From the human T2T-CHM13v2.0 reference genome, Homo sapiens, in the NCBI RefSeq assembly GCF_009914755.1, contig NC_060938.1: a DNA stretch of 64,000 nucleotides; one strand, 5' to 3'. The notes beneath the pieces are model-generated. The model saw only the letters and a program-made list of their open reading frames with translations. It searched no databases and was not told the origin of the DNA. The stretch's first letter is position 1; each line of letters starts with the position of its first letter. The position numbers and the translations under genes are program-made. Shown in pieces: positions 62,750-64,000 of the stretch.

Positions 62750-64000
62750 TCTGTGGGGTGGGAGTCACAGCCTAGAAAGAAGTCCAAAAGTGCTTTCTAA
62801 AATTTTTATTTTCAAAAGGTATTAGCAAATTTATGTATTCTTCTACTATTTGCAAAATCAATCTTATTTATTTTTTAAATAGGTATTTCACTTATGTGAT
62901 CTAAAATTAAAAAAGTATAAAAGGGCATACAGCATGATGTCTTCCTTCCACCATGGTCCCTGAGTACTCAATTATCAAAGTGAGGTATCTGTGGTATTTA
63001 TACTATTGTTGCTAAGTTCACTGGTACTCCTCAGTTTGTGTGTATAGACAGACACACACTACATATACTTTATATGCATACCACGCACAGTCAACATGGG
63101 CAATATGCTTCTTAGCTTTTGAAACATTTAGCCTAAGTATCAGGTTATTATTTATAGCTGCACACATTTTGAACATTTCTGTGGCCATTTCCAAGTATCT
63201 ACATGCTGGTTTCCATGCGTCCCCTGAGATTAGATCTCTCACTCTCTCTGTTGCCTGTCTTTCTCTTTTCTTTTGTCCCACTTCCCTATTGTGGATGGTA
63301 TGTAATGGAAAATGGAGGTGATGGTAGAGGAGGAGATGGGAGAGAATTTGTTTCTGATTTGCATTGTAGACTATTTTTGAAACATCTAAATCAGAAATGG
63401 ATTCTGGATCATTATTAGTTTTTAAAGTTGGGTTCTTTGAGGCTCCAAAGAGAGAAGAATAACAGAAAATTTGCTGAAAATCCTGCTTGGGCTCCTGAGG
63501 CTTCATTAGGATCATGGGGTATGTTTTTGTTTGTTTGTTTTTTGTGGGATGTTGTCTCTGATTTTGATCACAAGGAAAGCAATATTTGATAATTTTTTTA
63601 TTGAGAATGAGAGGATCAGGCTATGTGGCAGGAGGAGGTTTCCATCTAGTTCATCTGAGGGTTTGGTGGGGGAGTAGTATTGTGGAAAGAAAACAAACAT
63701 TTGTAGAGTATTCGAGCCTATACACTCATCTCCTTTGTCTGACTTCTCTACACAGTGACGAGGAGCTGGCAGAAAGTGGGAGTCCTGGTCCCCAAATGTC
63801 CAGGATGCAGCCAACTCTTCTCTGAAGTGCTCCACTATTTCCAGTACTTCATGTGGCACAGACAATATCCTCAAAAAAGCCTAGGGTTTCTGATTTTCAT
63901 ATTCTCAATGGAGAAAATGAGGAAGGAATATTTACAGTTCATTTGAATAAAGACAATGAATACACCCCTTTGCACAAAACAGACCCAAAGGCTGGCGACT

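Noticed and set aside
63751-63789. CACAGTG downstream of TRAV4 as a relic V or 12-RSS
   Set aside because: Only a weak nonamer (gcagaaagt) at an 11-bp spacer, and no V-like coding sequence upstream
63018-63874. 165-aa and 120-aa minus-strand ORFs
   Set aside because: Low-complexity, no family resemblance; consistent with chance ORFs

Overview
Human/great-ape genomic DNA from the 5' end of the T-cell receptor alpha/delta locus (chr14q11.2). It holds three intact + strand V segments, each with leader exon, V exon and 23-bp-spacer RSS: TRAV2 (38004-38516), TRAV3 (49582-50014) and TRAV4 (61947-62710). Most of the rest is retroelement-derived: a decayed two-LTR MER57-type provirus, a second minus-strand ERV relic, L1s, Alus, L2/MIR, MaLR LTRs, a MER11 solo LTR and an SVA. 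Highlights: (1) the SVA at 22966-24903 carries a ~610-bp 3' transduction with a complete antisense ANO10 (TMEM16K) exon and both splice sites, all inside one 14-bp TSD; (2) a non-repetitive block near 29.4-29.9 kb looks like the human orthologue of the olfactory-receptor H enhancer core; (3) several templated-insertion/fold-back scars, including three near-adjacent perfect 18-bp palindromes; (4) an L1 whose inverted piece comes from the far 5'UTR; (5) TRAV4 has a near-unrecognisable RSS nonamer and a candidate stop-introducing upstream splice acceptor; (6) a forward CTCF-like motif upstream of each V. Gene and repeat names come from recalled sequences, not database searches, and old-repeat boundaries are approximate.
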